Under the pieces are notes generated by a model. That model searched no databases and was not told the DNA's origin. It saw only the letters and a list, made by a program, of their open reading frames with translations. A DNA stretch of 64,000 nucleotides from Epiperipatus broadwayi (Eukaryota; Animalia; Onychophora). The position numbers were made by a program, and so were the translations under genes. How positions within the stretch are numbered: the stretch's first letter is position 1; every line of letters begins with the position of its first letter. The stretch covers positions 16,864,001 to 16,928,000 of the forward strand of contig JAQFVV010000005.1 in assembly GCA_028023455.1 (NCBI GenBank). The letters are read 5' to 3'. Below are positions 50,501-63,250 of this stretch, piece by piece.

Positions 50501-52134
50501 GTTTACACTCTCTTTTTTTTTTTTGCAAGTTATTTTTAAAAAATTATCAATTAGTTTTTTGCAAATAAAACGATAAGAAAGTACTAAAAAAAAATTGACT
50601 AAAATAAAAAATTAAAAAAAAAAAAAATACTATCTCTTTGAGAGCTGCTAATATACCTTTCTTTGATTTCAATACATTATTAATCTCCCTTGATAACTTA
50701 GTTACGATGATATTTATAGTCTGTAAGAATACCTATTCCTATTAGTTAATTCTTACTTTAGCTTGAGAACAAATTTACATATTTTTAGTTTATAGTAGAA
50801 TTGAATTTCAAAATTAGAAATTATGACGTAATGAACTTAAAATATTATTTAAAATACCACTTTTAATTCAATTATAACTTTATTTAAATTATTTAATCTT
50901 TTAAAATAACTTTTAAAATAACATTTAATAACTTATTCCATTTCTTAATATTCAATTTATCTATTTTTATTTAAATAAAATATTTAATTTTTATATTATG
51001 AATGTATTCGTCTTTATTACATTACTTAAAACATTACATATGATAGTTAACTTAATATTTATTATTATTTGCTAGGTGACAATTCCATCCAATTCTATAA
51101 TATAACTTTTAAAATATTTTAAACTTTGTTATTATTTCAAACAAACGTGTGTGTGAACGTATGTAATATACAAGTCACATGATCAATAACTTTGCCAGAC
51201 AATTTTTAATCTATTTCTCTGCCCAGATTTATAAAATTGATACACTTATTATATTATATAAAATAATTATAAAAAATTTGGAAGAATAATTTTAAAAATA
51301 TAGAATTAGATATAACTTTCACCATCACAAAGTTTATTTTTAAAATATATTATATTAATTTTGACTATTAAATATGATTATAAATTTAAACACTGTATTT
51401 ATTAACTTATCAGTTTTAAACTATTAAAATCGAATTTATTAAATATACTTTTAATTTTTATAGCTGTGTTATTTAATATGGCCAGCTTTTACAACCATAT
51501 GAAACAATATTTAAAGCTTTATATAACTATTTTTAAATGATTTTATATACTATGTATTTTCTTTAGCTTTAAATTGTACTTTAAAAATATAATCGACAAA
51601 CTATAATTAATGTATTAAAAGAACATATTCTAAATTTAAAATTTTTAGTAGTTGATTGTTATGAACTATTACTGACCTATAGAAAAGGGCACAATATATA
51701 TATATTTATATTTACATACATACACAACTTTATGTTCTAATAGTTTATTAACATGTCTATCAATTTATTCATTACTTTAAAGTATGCCAGCCCAATTTAA
51801 ATTATTTTTAACTTACATAATATATTATTTTAATATCCAAAATAACTACATTATATTAATACCTGCTGTTCTTTTTCTTTCCAATTAACATAATAAAAAA
51901 AAATTTGAAATTTTTTTAAAATTTAATTCTTCTTTATTTTTTCCTTCTATAATAGTCCATAATACTCAAATCACACAGTCTCAAGTAATTAGATATTTAT
52001 GACTGAAGATGACCAATTTATTAAAAATTTTAAAAATACTTTGATTGCAATGAATAACTATATTCCATAAAAATTAATTGTTCTTATTCTCTTTATATTT
52101 ATAAACTGGAACATTAGAATCATTCTTAAAATAA

Positions 52135-52525
52135 GACGAGATTAAGGTCACTCTGATGAAGACTGCAGGACAGTCGAAACTCAGGAAAATAAAGGAAGCA
52201 TTAAAAAAAATTTGCTTTGACGTGTATATGAGGGGAGTTATTATAAGCAATATATATAAATATATGAAGAAATGCAAAGAAAGTAAAAGGAGAAAAATAA
52301 TATACTTCTAAGAAAAAAATTACATGAAAGATTAAGAGGTGAAAGGACAATATTTGGATGTATAATTATGGAGAATATAAGAGTTATTTCAAAAGGTAGA
52401 GAAGATTAAGATCGTTCTGATGAAGACTGCAGGACAGTCAAAACTGTCAGGAAAATAAAGGAATCATTAAAAAAAATTTGCATTCAAGTGTATATGAGGG
52501 GAGTTATTGTAAACAATATATATAA
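52135..52525 (+). mobile_element. Family Z: two minimal HHRs in ~125-bp direct repeats, 264 nt apart
   Basis: CTGATGA-A-GACTG-CAGGA-CAGTC-(G/A)AAAC-(TG)TC-AGGA at 52153 and 52417. Confidence 0.8.
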
Positions 52526-53549
52526 TTTTGAAAGTAATACATTTCCACTGTTTTATAGTTTCACCAAATATATCCATCAGTACTTGTATTTTTTTAACTA
52601 ATCCATAAACTTTTTTTATATATTAAGACATATTTACATACCTAAAGTGTCTCTTAATACACAAATTCTTTTAATGAAGTTTCATACTACAACAATTATC
52701 AAAATCTTTATGACATTTTTCACAACTGTTTCCTTTTCTGTAAATAACATTTGCTCCCTATAACTGTAATTAGCTTTGCATATACTTATTTATTTGTAGA
52801 TTATTGTAATTTATTCTTAGATATAAACCTATTCAATGTGAATACCTCTATTCAAGAATGATTTATTTGAATGGGTATATAATTAAATATAACCACCTGA
52901 ATTTCTGAATTACTATTCAGAAGATGATTGTAAATATTCTTTCCATCTGTTTGTTTTTTTTTTTTTTGTCCTTAGCAAATGATTGCATTTTTTAGAGTTT
53001 TAATTCTCCAAATTTACTTATAATTCAGTCAAGCAGTAAATAAAATATATTCATTGCCAGAGAACAGTCGGGATTTTTCTTTTTAATGAAGCTGGAACAG
53101 ATTTTTTCCTATCTACAATACATTCTTTAAAGCCTTCATAGTAACGTCGAAATTTAACAAATGTAGGAGCTTCTTATAGCATGAATATCAAATTTTCTAT
53201 GCATATATTTGGAAAAGGAGTTATTTTTTAATGCAGCTTATATTTTAATTGTGTAGTACACAATCTCATGTATTATCGACTATTTTAAATTCTTATTTTT
53301 CGCTTCAACATGATTTATACAATGTGATTGCTTGAGGGGGTTTCCTCCACATTATAATAGTTTTCCTGCCTAAACAAAATGCTTATGATAATTTATAAAT
53401 TACAAAAAAAAAATCACAGACAGCAGACTATTTGAGTTCGTGAGGCATCACCACTAGTTTTAGTAAATTTTGTTCCTAGTCGTATGTACATTAAATCTTA
53501 AGATAAAATGGATTTTTTTTATTATCAATTAATGCAATATTACTATCAC

Positions 53550-53916
53550 TAAACATCACATGATCACTATCTCATACTAGCACATAATTGTTATTAAACC
53601 ATTCAAAACAAAGCAGAACTCTCCATATAGTAGTGCCATCTTGTGCTAACAAGAGCAATCAATGAATGCCAGAAGGCTTGTGCATAAAATCCATATCTAG
53701 TGCCTACTCATCCAATATCCCCAGACTAGTTTCTGGATTGTGGCCTTCATCAGTGAGGAGCCTTGGATCTGATAGCACTACACCTAGATCTTAGGATCTA
53801 ATGCAACCCTCCAGCACCTACCTTTTAACTCCATTCATTCATTCATTCATTCATTGCTCTTGTTAGCACAAGATGGCACTACTATATGGAGAGTTTTGCT
53901 TTGTTTTGAATTGTTT
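53550..53916. mobile_element. Family Y copy 3 (HHR core 53753-53747 on -, short right arm, (CATT)6)
   Basis: 14-bp direct repeat AATATTACTATCAC at 53536-49 and 53917-30; left tail; ~65-bp copy-specific arms. Confidence 0.85.
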
Positions 53917-56595
53917 AATATTACTATCACCTGTAATCTGATGCAACAGTTGAAAGACCGTCTCTGGAACTGAAGATCCATGAATCACGATTCAGATCAT
54001 TCACTTCCAGCGCTTACTTTTCTTATGAACTAAACATTTAATTTATTTTTTAAATTATTATTTATAGTAAATTGAGACTTTCTTTTTCTGAAATTTTTAA
54101 TCATAATATTGGGGCATATTAGTTTTTTCTTGACAAGCTTAGAAATCCAAATTATAAAAGCATCAAGGTAATCCTAATAATGAATCCAAGACCATGCATT
54201 TTCTATAATGCTCATGTGTTCAGTTCAACTTCCTTCATTTATTGAAGTCAAGTTTCACTAAGATTAATTTCTTAACTATAAGTCTTGAAGAGTGTCAATC
54301 AACCAAAGTTCACACTTTCTATATGAATATATATTTTTTTAAAAAATGGAAATATCTATGACTGCCTTGTTATTGATATCTTAACAATTTCTATTATTTT
54401 ATTAGAACTTCCATTTAACCCTCTTTTAAATCCTTTATGATTGGAGAAGACAGGATAATATTCAAATGTCTTACCATTTGCTAAATGAAAGTTATTTAAA
54501 ATGGAATTTCTTATTATAGATATTTTTGTCTCAGACTAGGTTACATATGTTGGCTGTAGTTAAACAGACCCCTCCCCCCAGATTAAAATCAGAATAGCTG
54601 TGCAACTAATTAAAAGATGGATCATGGTTACATAAATATAAAATCCCACTTGCGCAGTTAATACAGAGAAATGATTAATAGCTTGAAAGCATGTTAATTG
54701 TGCCCAATGCTAACTTGAGTGACTGATAATTATAATTATAATAATAAAAGAAAATACAGAGAGAACAGGATAAAACTGATGGCTGTTTATAATAAAATAA
54801 TAATTTAGAGCCATTATTTATTTAGTATGTGGATTTTTTTTTAAGAGATAGCTTAACTATTAACAAAATATCATAAAAACATCTAGAAAGATTTTAACCA
54901 GAAGATAGGATAGCTACTATATATTCTTCAATTCTGTCTCTTTAAATGATAGATTTGACAGCCATTCATTATGAGTTATGACTTATATTTCTCATCTACA
55001 TAGATCAGTGGTTATTAAATCTTATTTGAAACAAATGAGCACAATTATCATGGATTATATTGAATGTGTTGAGACTCCTACGTATATTAAATTCAACTGA
55101 CTTTACTAAGAACAATATTATATTCTAAAACATTGTAGGATACTTTTAAACATGTATTCTTCTTGGTTATTTACAATTAACCCTCGTGTCTAAAGATTAT
55201 TTTATTATTTTCCAATGACAGAATAGTGGGAGTTCAGCAATTGATATATATAATCAAAATTACTCCAAATTCACAAAATTGGCTAGTTTAGCTTTATTCT
55301 TTTAATATTTACATATATATATATTAAAGAGAACTTTATAGTATAATAATAATAATATATTCATTCACTATGCTTACATTCTAGGTTTGAATTTGGACTA
55401 AGTAAATTTGAAATTCTTTTAGCAAGCTTCATGCAAATGACTTATAGTCAATCCAAGCAATAAATGAGTATTTAGATATTCTTAAATGAAAAATGAAGCA
55501 AACATAGAAAAGTATTCAAATTTTCTGCATCCAAAACTCCTGGAGAATACTGCCTTCTCTTCATTGTTCTTCATAAGGGGATGTTTGAGAGGTTTTTGCC
55601 CTATACTAGATATTTAAAAAGCTATTTTATTCTTAGTACATATATATATACAAACACATATATATTATTTCTGAAGTAATAATCTTCATGTGTGCATATT
55701 ATAAAAATACTTTATAAAGCAAACTTTTCAAAAGTATTTAAATATATTTGCAAACAATACCCTCCAATATCAATCAATTAATGAGAAAAAAAAAAAATCC
55801 ATTTTTATCCAGTTCTTATAAAGATAGCTGACTAATCATTGATATTTCATCAGATTAATAAGTTCAAATAAGAAAGTGCTATACAAGTTTATTAAAATGA
55901 CTTCAGAAAGTCTGACTTGCAAAGATTTTTTACAGTATGCACTTATGATTATTGCTTCAAAAATATATAATCTCAATTTTACATATTGTTGTTTGTAGGA
56001 TGTTAAAATTAACAGAATTTATAACTGCATTATGTTCTGAAATTGTGAGCTGGCTAGATTGAGTCTTTGCTAAGATAGCAGCTAAAGAAATGTTTCACTC
56101 CTTTGAAATATCAGTGATTAATCTGTTGTCCATATAAGATATTGAAGACCAGATGAAAATGGATTAAATGCAAAAGAGCATTTATTTTTTCAAATTTATT
56201 AAACTGATTTTAGAAAGTCTTACAAATGATGGATTCTCACATAGTATGTGCATATAAAGTTTACTATTTTGAAAAATATTATATATATTTCACTTGATGG
56301 CACTTCTTTTAAAACCATTATGTTGTCTTTCTTAAATCCTTTCTCCTGAACTTTACCATTTTTTTTATAAACAGGACGTGAAATGTGAAGAAAGTATTGG
56401 GATGACCAAATATTGTAGAAATTATAAAAAAAAGAAAAGTGTGTGAGACAATGTATATACAATAAAATAAAGAGAAATGTATGAATTTAGTACAAGGTTC
56501 AATAAAGTTTGGAGGAAAATGGGTGTTAAATAAAAATTGGAAACTATAAAAACATTTTTTACGTTTGGGATTGGCCAATAGGTGGTATGTTAGAT

Positions 56596-57123
56596 TAGCG
56601 TGTCTCAACCTTTGGGTCTCGTTAAATTTTTAATGAGTCGCGAATATGCACCAAAAAATAAAAACATAAATATCCGATAGCAAAAATCATTTTACATTTT
56701 AAGAAAATGTTAATTTTTAAAAAATTAGTAATTAATACTACCTATGCTTTGTGTAGTTTTCTCAAATTCAATTGTAAATTTGAACTGAAATAATCATGTT
56801 AAATTTCGCGATTATACAAAGTGTGTTAAGCTTTTTTTTATTATTATTATTAAAGTAATGTCTCGCTTTTTTTTTATTATTATTAAAGTAATGACTTTAT
56901 TATTGTTAATCTTTTAAATTAAAAATATGTAGTTTAACTCAACTTTTAACTTACAAATTAATATTCATTATAAATATTATCAATTGATCCGAATATATAC
57001 AGTACCGTGCTGATGTAATATCTCTTTTATTTTATATTATAATTTATGTAATAAACATTTGGATCACAGAACTATTTCAATGAAGTCTATTGGGTCGCGC
57101 GGCAAAAAGATAGAGAAACGCTA
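56596..57123. mobile_element. hAT MITE, 528 bp
   Basis: Imperfect TIR TAGCGT(G/T)TCTC(A/T)A(C/T)CTTT; exact 8-bp TSD TGTTAGAT at 56588-95 and 57124-31. Confidence 0.9.
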
Positions 57124-57964
57124 TGTTAGATGGTATGTAAATCACGTGACATTTTTTGGAATTATTGAAACATCTTGACTAGGTTCAATTTTGAATGAAA
57201 GTCGATTTGATGGAAATAAATTTTTGATTTAAAAATACAGTTGTCTATTAAATTGATTATGTTTCATATTCAATTCAGAAGAAAATATATATGTAAAGCA
57301 TTACATATATAATAACTTGCTTGTTTAAAAGAATTGTTAAAATCAATAAAATACAGTACTGTATATGTAAACTATGTCATTCACAAATTGATAAGGAAAT
57401 CCAATTCATCTACACTGCCATTTATTTATAATTGCTTAGCAACGATTAGAAAAAAATGGTTATATCTTTGATTAGTTTGTCATATGTATATAAAGACAAC
57501 ATATGTTTAAACCATTATAAATAAGTGTATTTTTTTATTATTAGAATTATAAATTAGATATTTAATATATATACAAGGTAACAATCAAATATTCATCAAA
57601 GTCAAACCTAACAATGTAAATTAAAAGTTGTTAATTAAATTAAAATGATTTATATCGTATAAATGTAATGACTAATTATTTTAAATCACCTCATTTAAAT
57701 TGAATTACTTTGCTATTTTAAATTTCAAAAGTAATAAAGTTCAATTTAAAAACATTTACAAATATATACATTTGAAATTGTTTTTTAAAACTATACATCA
57801 ATTAAAATTCCAAGTTGTGTAAATAAAACAAAATCTTGATACATGTGTTAAATCATTTGAATCTATATTAACCAAACAGTATAATCTTATTATGTTATAT
57901 ACTTTTGAAATTCTGATCTGCAATCTTAATTATCAACCTGTTCATGGAACAAAAAAAAAATCCA

Positions 57965-58172
57965 AATATATTACTAAGATAATTCTCAAACTAGATTACC
58001 AAAGAATCATTTAAATGAACTTCTAAATAACATCCATCTTCTATTATATCAATTATCTATTTTCTGATCAAATAGATTGGCATTAATATAATAAAAGGTG
58101 GAGTTATTTGCAAGTTCATTTAAATGATTCTTTGGGAATCTAGTTTGATAATTATATTAGGGGTAATATATT
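57965..58172. repeat. Long inverted repeat, ~100-bp arms, 7-nt loop
   Basis: caaagaatcatttaaatgaactt / aagttcatttaaatgattctttg. Confidence 0.9.
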
Positions 58173-58222
58173 CAGATTTGTTTGTTCAGTGAATATATAT
58201 AAATTAGTAACTATTTTTAATT

Positions 58223-59060
58223 ACTAAACATCACATGATCACTGTTTCTTATGTTTACTCTGCGTTGTTTTGTAAAATTACATACAAGTTTGTGCACTCC
58301 AGAAAAAACTACAATTTATTGGAGATGTTTTTAGATCACACACTAATAACTGAGGAATTTAATTAAAGCATTAACGTAATGGTGATCGACAATTCCAAAA
58401 AATATTTGCTGATTGCAAGTATTTCTAGATAAGAGACCTTACCTTATTGGACAATGTAATTAATTGTTGCAGTTATCAGAAAGCTATAAAAAGAGTATAT
58501 AACAACTACGTCAGGCAATTCAAGTGCATCTCCAGTAGACTTTCCTGTTCAATTCCAGTAGGAGATCTCGCATCAGTGCTTCGGTTAATGTCCAGTGCTC
58601 AGTGGAAATGTAGTTCACTGGTATAGCTGAAAGGTCCCACAGAGATTGGGAGACCGTAGCCTGATGAAACCGTCCAGAGAGCAACTAAATAAAGAGTTGA
58701 GTTTCCAGCATTTTTCAAGTGGAGTTACTGGTAGACTGTTGCAGAGACGGAAGCTGTAAAAAGCTTCAGTGCTATACTACGAAGTGTTCATGTGCAGCTA
58801 AACTGGACTGGGGCCAAGGTATGCGTAAACCTAGCCCATTGTGAACCATTTTTGTAGCAGCCAGACTGAATGTACATCGAGGGAATTGAACATTAGCGAA
58901 CTGTAGAGATAGAGTTGTTGTGGACTATTCGCTATTCTGATTACTTAAAAATATTGAGTCTTTTATCGTACATATTCATTTGCTGGCCGCTCAGTCATAC
59001 TTGCGGACACAGCACTCTGGCTTGCATTGAGTGGCACTACTGTATGGAGTTTTGCCTGTT
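58223..59060. mobile_element. Family Y-like termini enclosing a GC-richer unknown segment (possible solo LTR ~58465-59009)
   Basis: taaacatcacatgatcac tail at left, gtggcactactgtatggagttttgcctgttt arm end at right; interior has TATA- and AATAAA-like motifs, no TSD. Confidence 0.45.
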
Positions 59061-60051
59061 TTTATTTTTATTACATTTTATTAATAATGGAGAACTATTT
59101 AGCAATCTGATTCAATTTAAATTTGATGACCATTGCTTTATTTTATAATCTATATTGCAAACTTACTTTGTCATTAGATATTTAATTTTAATAATTTTAT
59201 GATTTAGTCCAGTGACAGAGTGAGAGACTCTAGAATCAAAGATGCCTGAATCAAAGTTCAATCTAATCACTTTCATTGCTTGAAATCACTTAACTTATTA
59301 AGCAATTAAGTGCTTATTTTATTTTATACCCTGCATAATGGTTTAATGGATCAATGGTTAAGTGAAGTATTTGAAAACTAAAAATCCTTTAAAGTTCAAT
59401 ATTGTCACTCCTGATAATCAAATGTCACATAATCTCCCAAGTAACAAATTTTTAAATTATTTTTTAATATATTTTATTTTATAGAGATACTATTTTCTTA
59501 AAGATGATGAATTTAATAGAACACTTTGAAACTATTATAGGTTAAAGTTGTTTTTTTTTAGAGTAGTCATCCTATAACCAACCTAGTTAGGCTTAACAAT
59601 TATTCATTAGTGAAATGAATATCATGATGGCTTTCTTAGTGAGAAGGTAAAGGTCATAAATTAATATGGATTAGACTGGTGAGCATCAATATTTTATTCT
59701 TAAAACAAATGCATGATTGTAATCGATACCTTTATTACTGGTGAGAGAAATATCACAATTCTACAATGCACTCATTATTATTTTTAAATATTATTTCAAT
59801 GGATCATTTTATATTATTCTCAATTTTATATATTTGCAATGCAAATTAATTGATTGTTGCGATAGGTCAGGCATTATACTTATTCATGAAATATTCAACA
59901 TAATCTGTTTGCATTTCCCATGCTGTTTAAAAGGTTCAATATAGTATACAATTGTACTCCCCTATGCAGTTTACAATGATGCTATCTATTGTTGGCAAAT
60001 GATTTTACTGCAGTTAACATTAATCATACACTACAGCTACCAATATATATA

Positions 60052-60572
60052 TAATCAAAAATACCCCAAAATTCATAACTAAATCAGATTAGCCAAAGAA
60101 AATAAACTCTAAAACTTAACCAATGTTTTCCACTGCTACAAGCAGATTTCTCAAATGTAAAGGACTAAAAGATAACAAATTTATATTAAATATTACCCAT
60201 AATTCCATTTATCTTAAAAGAACTTTTAAATAAGTTAATTGCTTCAGAATCATAATTTTTTAATAATAAAGATTCTTTAATTCTTCTTTTTATTTCATTT
60301 CTTTCAAAGAAGATAACCTTAGCTTCATCAAAACTAATAGTGTAGCTAAGGTTTTCTTTGAAAGAAATGATTCTGAAGCAATTAACTTATTTAAAATTTC
60401 TTTTAATATTAAGAGTATATGGGATGTAAGTGAAATTGTGGATATTTAGTTAAAAATTGTTATCTTTTAGTCCTTTACACTTTAGAAGTCTGCTTATAGC
60501 AGTGAAACCATTGGTTGTGTTTTAGAGTTTATTTTCTTTGGCTAGTCTAATTTAGTTGTGAATTGTGATTAT
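60052..60572. repeat. Long inverted repeat, ~250-bp arms, 19-nt loop
   Basis: Several aligned blocks, e.g. gccaaagaaaataaactctaaaac / gttttagagtttattttctttggc; ~50-bp indel in one arm. Confidence 0.9.
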
Positions 60573-62299
60573 TTTATTAACTAGTTTAACTTTAAACTTT
60601 TAATGTTTACATATATACACATACAAAATTAGTACTTTTTAAAGTGTTATAGAGGTAAATATTGAAAATTTTTTATTGAGAATATCTTTGTATTTTTCTA
60701 GACAAATTTCAATTATGATGTAACCAGACAAAACCAGAATTTCAAATAGTTTTGGCATAATACTTTTGTTTATATTTTTAAGATTTTTAAGTCTAGTTTT
60801 TATGAATGAAAATAAACTATCACAATTTTCTAAATATTTTTACAAATATAAAAATATCTTCCATAAAGAATGAAAACCATGACTAGATTTACTATGAAAT
60901 ACTTTTTTAAGTAATGTTACCATTTATTTGATTAATATGTCCAATCCAAAAAAGATATATCTTGACAATACTTGAATCAGTAACATAACATCCAACAAGA
61001 TGATGGATATGTTATTTGGTCTTATGATCTCGCAATCATATTTTTAGAATATTGGAAAGTATCCTTACACTTTTTTTTAAAAAAAAATTGTGTTGATGAT
61101 CTATTCATTCTTCCATATATAAAATTGGGGGAAATAATAGCCCTATATAAAAAATTAAATTACAATAGTTATATATTCATAAAAAAAGATATCTTTAACA
61201 GGTTAAATTCAGAAGCAGCATTATGATTCGAGATGTACCTTTAGATCCAAATCTCCCTTTCTATGCAAAAAGCCATCAAGATCATGATTAAATTGAATTT
61301 TATTTTTAAGTTGATAACTTCCAAATTAAGTTATTGATGACTTTTTGTTCTATTACTAATAAAGAATATGAATATTTTGAACATTAATTAAATTATTTTC
61401 AATGCGTTCAGAACACATTGTGTAGATTATTTTTTGAATCACAAGAATATTACATTTATCTGCATTAGAAGCTATAAAAATCAAAGTTTTGTTGTTTTAA
61501 TACTGTTCAACAGATATTCCTTTTTGTGAACAACCATTTAACATTATTTTAGTCTCTTTGGATCTTATCTTTCACCCTACAATTTGTTTTTCACTTGATA
61601 ACTATTGTAGTATTGCATGAAGCTCTGAACTATTAACTGCAAAAATAATCACATTAGTGCAAAATCTATATAGCTTAAATAATAGCCATTTATTTCTTTA
61701 GCTTATTTAATTTATTATACTTCCTGTAAAACTGCTGTTTTAAAGATATGAAATCATCCTACTGATGCTCTTAACAATATTTTCTTAATGTCACCATGAT
61801 TATATTGCGCTTTAACGCAAATTGGTGAAGTTATTAAACTAATAAACAATAATATTTGGCTTAGCGCTTTCAGGGTATGTTAACTCCCATATACATGGCC
61901 ATTGTCATTAGTGATACAGTGCAATTGTTTTATATGCAAATCATTTAACTCGACCATTTCTCTGAAATCGCGAAACATGTATCTTGTCTATTGATGGCAT
62001 TCGCGATAAAATATGCCTCTTATTTTCATTTTCATATCATTTCTCTCAGAGCATGTAGCTTAATCATTAGTTTTATTCTTCAGAATTTGAATTTGATAAT
62101 ATTCTGGGTACAGAAATGTTTATAGAAACAAATATTTTATAATCCACAAATCCAAAATATACATGCAACTCATATCGATTTGTTGTTTAAATAAAAAATG
62201 TGTTCTTTTGGTTGGTGTAAGTCAAGTGTTCTCAACTAATGAGTTGTAATAATCTTATAAAAACTCTTGTATAAAACTGATAGATTAGTATGTACTTTT

Positions 62300-63250
62300 T
62301 AATATCTTCCTTTCCTCATTTCTTAAATATCATTACGACATTCTTCTATTTTTAATATATATTCATTATTTAGACATTTTTCTTATATAGTTTGTCAAAA
62401 TTTTACTTCTTCACCCATTACTTTAAAAATATCTATAATTTTATCATTTTCTGTGGCTTTTTCATTTGAAATACTTTGAATTTCAGAACATGTTGTCGGA
62501 ATCACAGTATGCTTTATAAAATTGGACACATTTTGGAGATATCATCTCTTTTTAAAGTTTTTTGGCAAAACAAGTTCTCTTCTAAAAACTTCTTCTCTAG
62601 CTCACAATTATATTTGCCAATGTTAATCATTATATGTTTTTACAATAATTTACAAAATTCCACATAATCATTTTTTCTAAAAAAAATTATTTTTTAACCA
62701 TTCTCAAAAATAATTTTCTTCAGTTGAAATTTAATATTAAAAAAAATTACTTCCTTTTTATACCAACTATAAATTTAATATTAAAAAAAATTACTTCCTT
62801 TTTATACCAACTATCAATGTAACAGTTTTTTATCTTCTTATAGATTTCATTCAAATCTGAACCATCTTTAAAGTCTATTAACATTTTAAAATGATTTTCA
62901 AGTTCTATTTTAAATATCTTGGAATGATTCTGAATGTTAAGGATGCCAACTATTAATACTGTCTTCGTTAATCCTATCTGACATTACATTGTAACATATC
63001 TTACATCTCATTAATCTAAAGAACAATACAATTTTGAAGTACAAATATTCTGTTAGTCATAATATATTTCAATTCTGCAGTATTTTCATTTGAATGCTTC
63101 CATACCCATTTCTACTTAACATTTTTTTTTTTTTCAAAAAAAAAGTTAACAAATAACACCTTCAAATCCAGAAAATCGTATTCTCTTTCATTAAGCCATC
63201 ATTCTTTCTTTTTTTAATTATTTAAATTAAAATTGGAAAAATAACATTAA
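62300..63250 (-). mobile_element. Very old LINE remnant
   Basis: Minus strand KATENDKII.ILK resembles the KAPG.D.I..E.LK pre-RT motif; otherwise unalignable. Confidence 0.3.
62727..62814. repeat. Perfect 44-bp tandem duplication
   Basis: aaatttaatattaaaaaaaattacttcctttttataccaactat x2. Confidence 0.95.
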
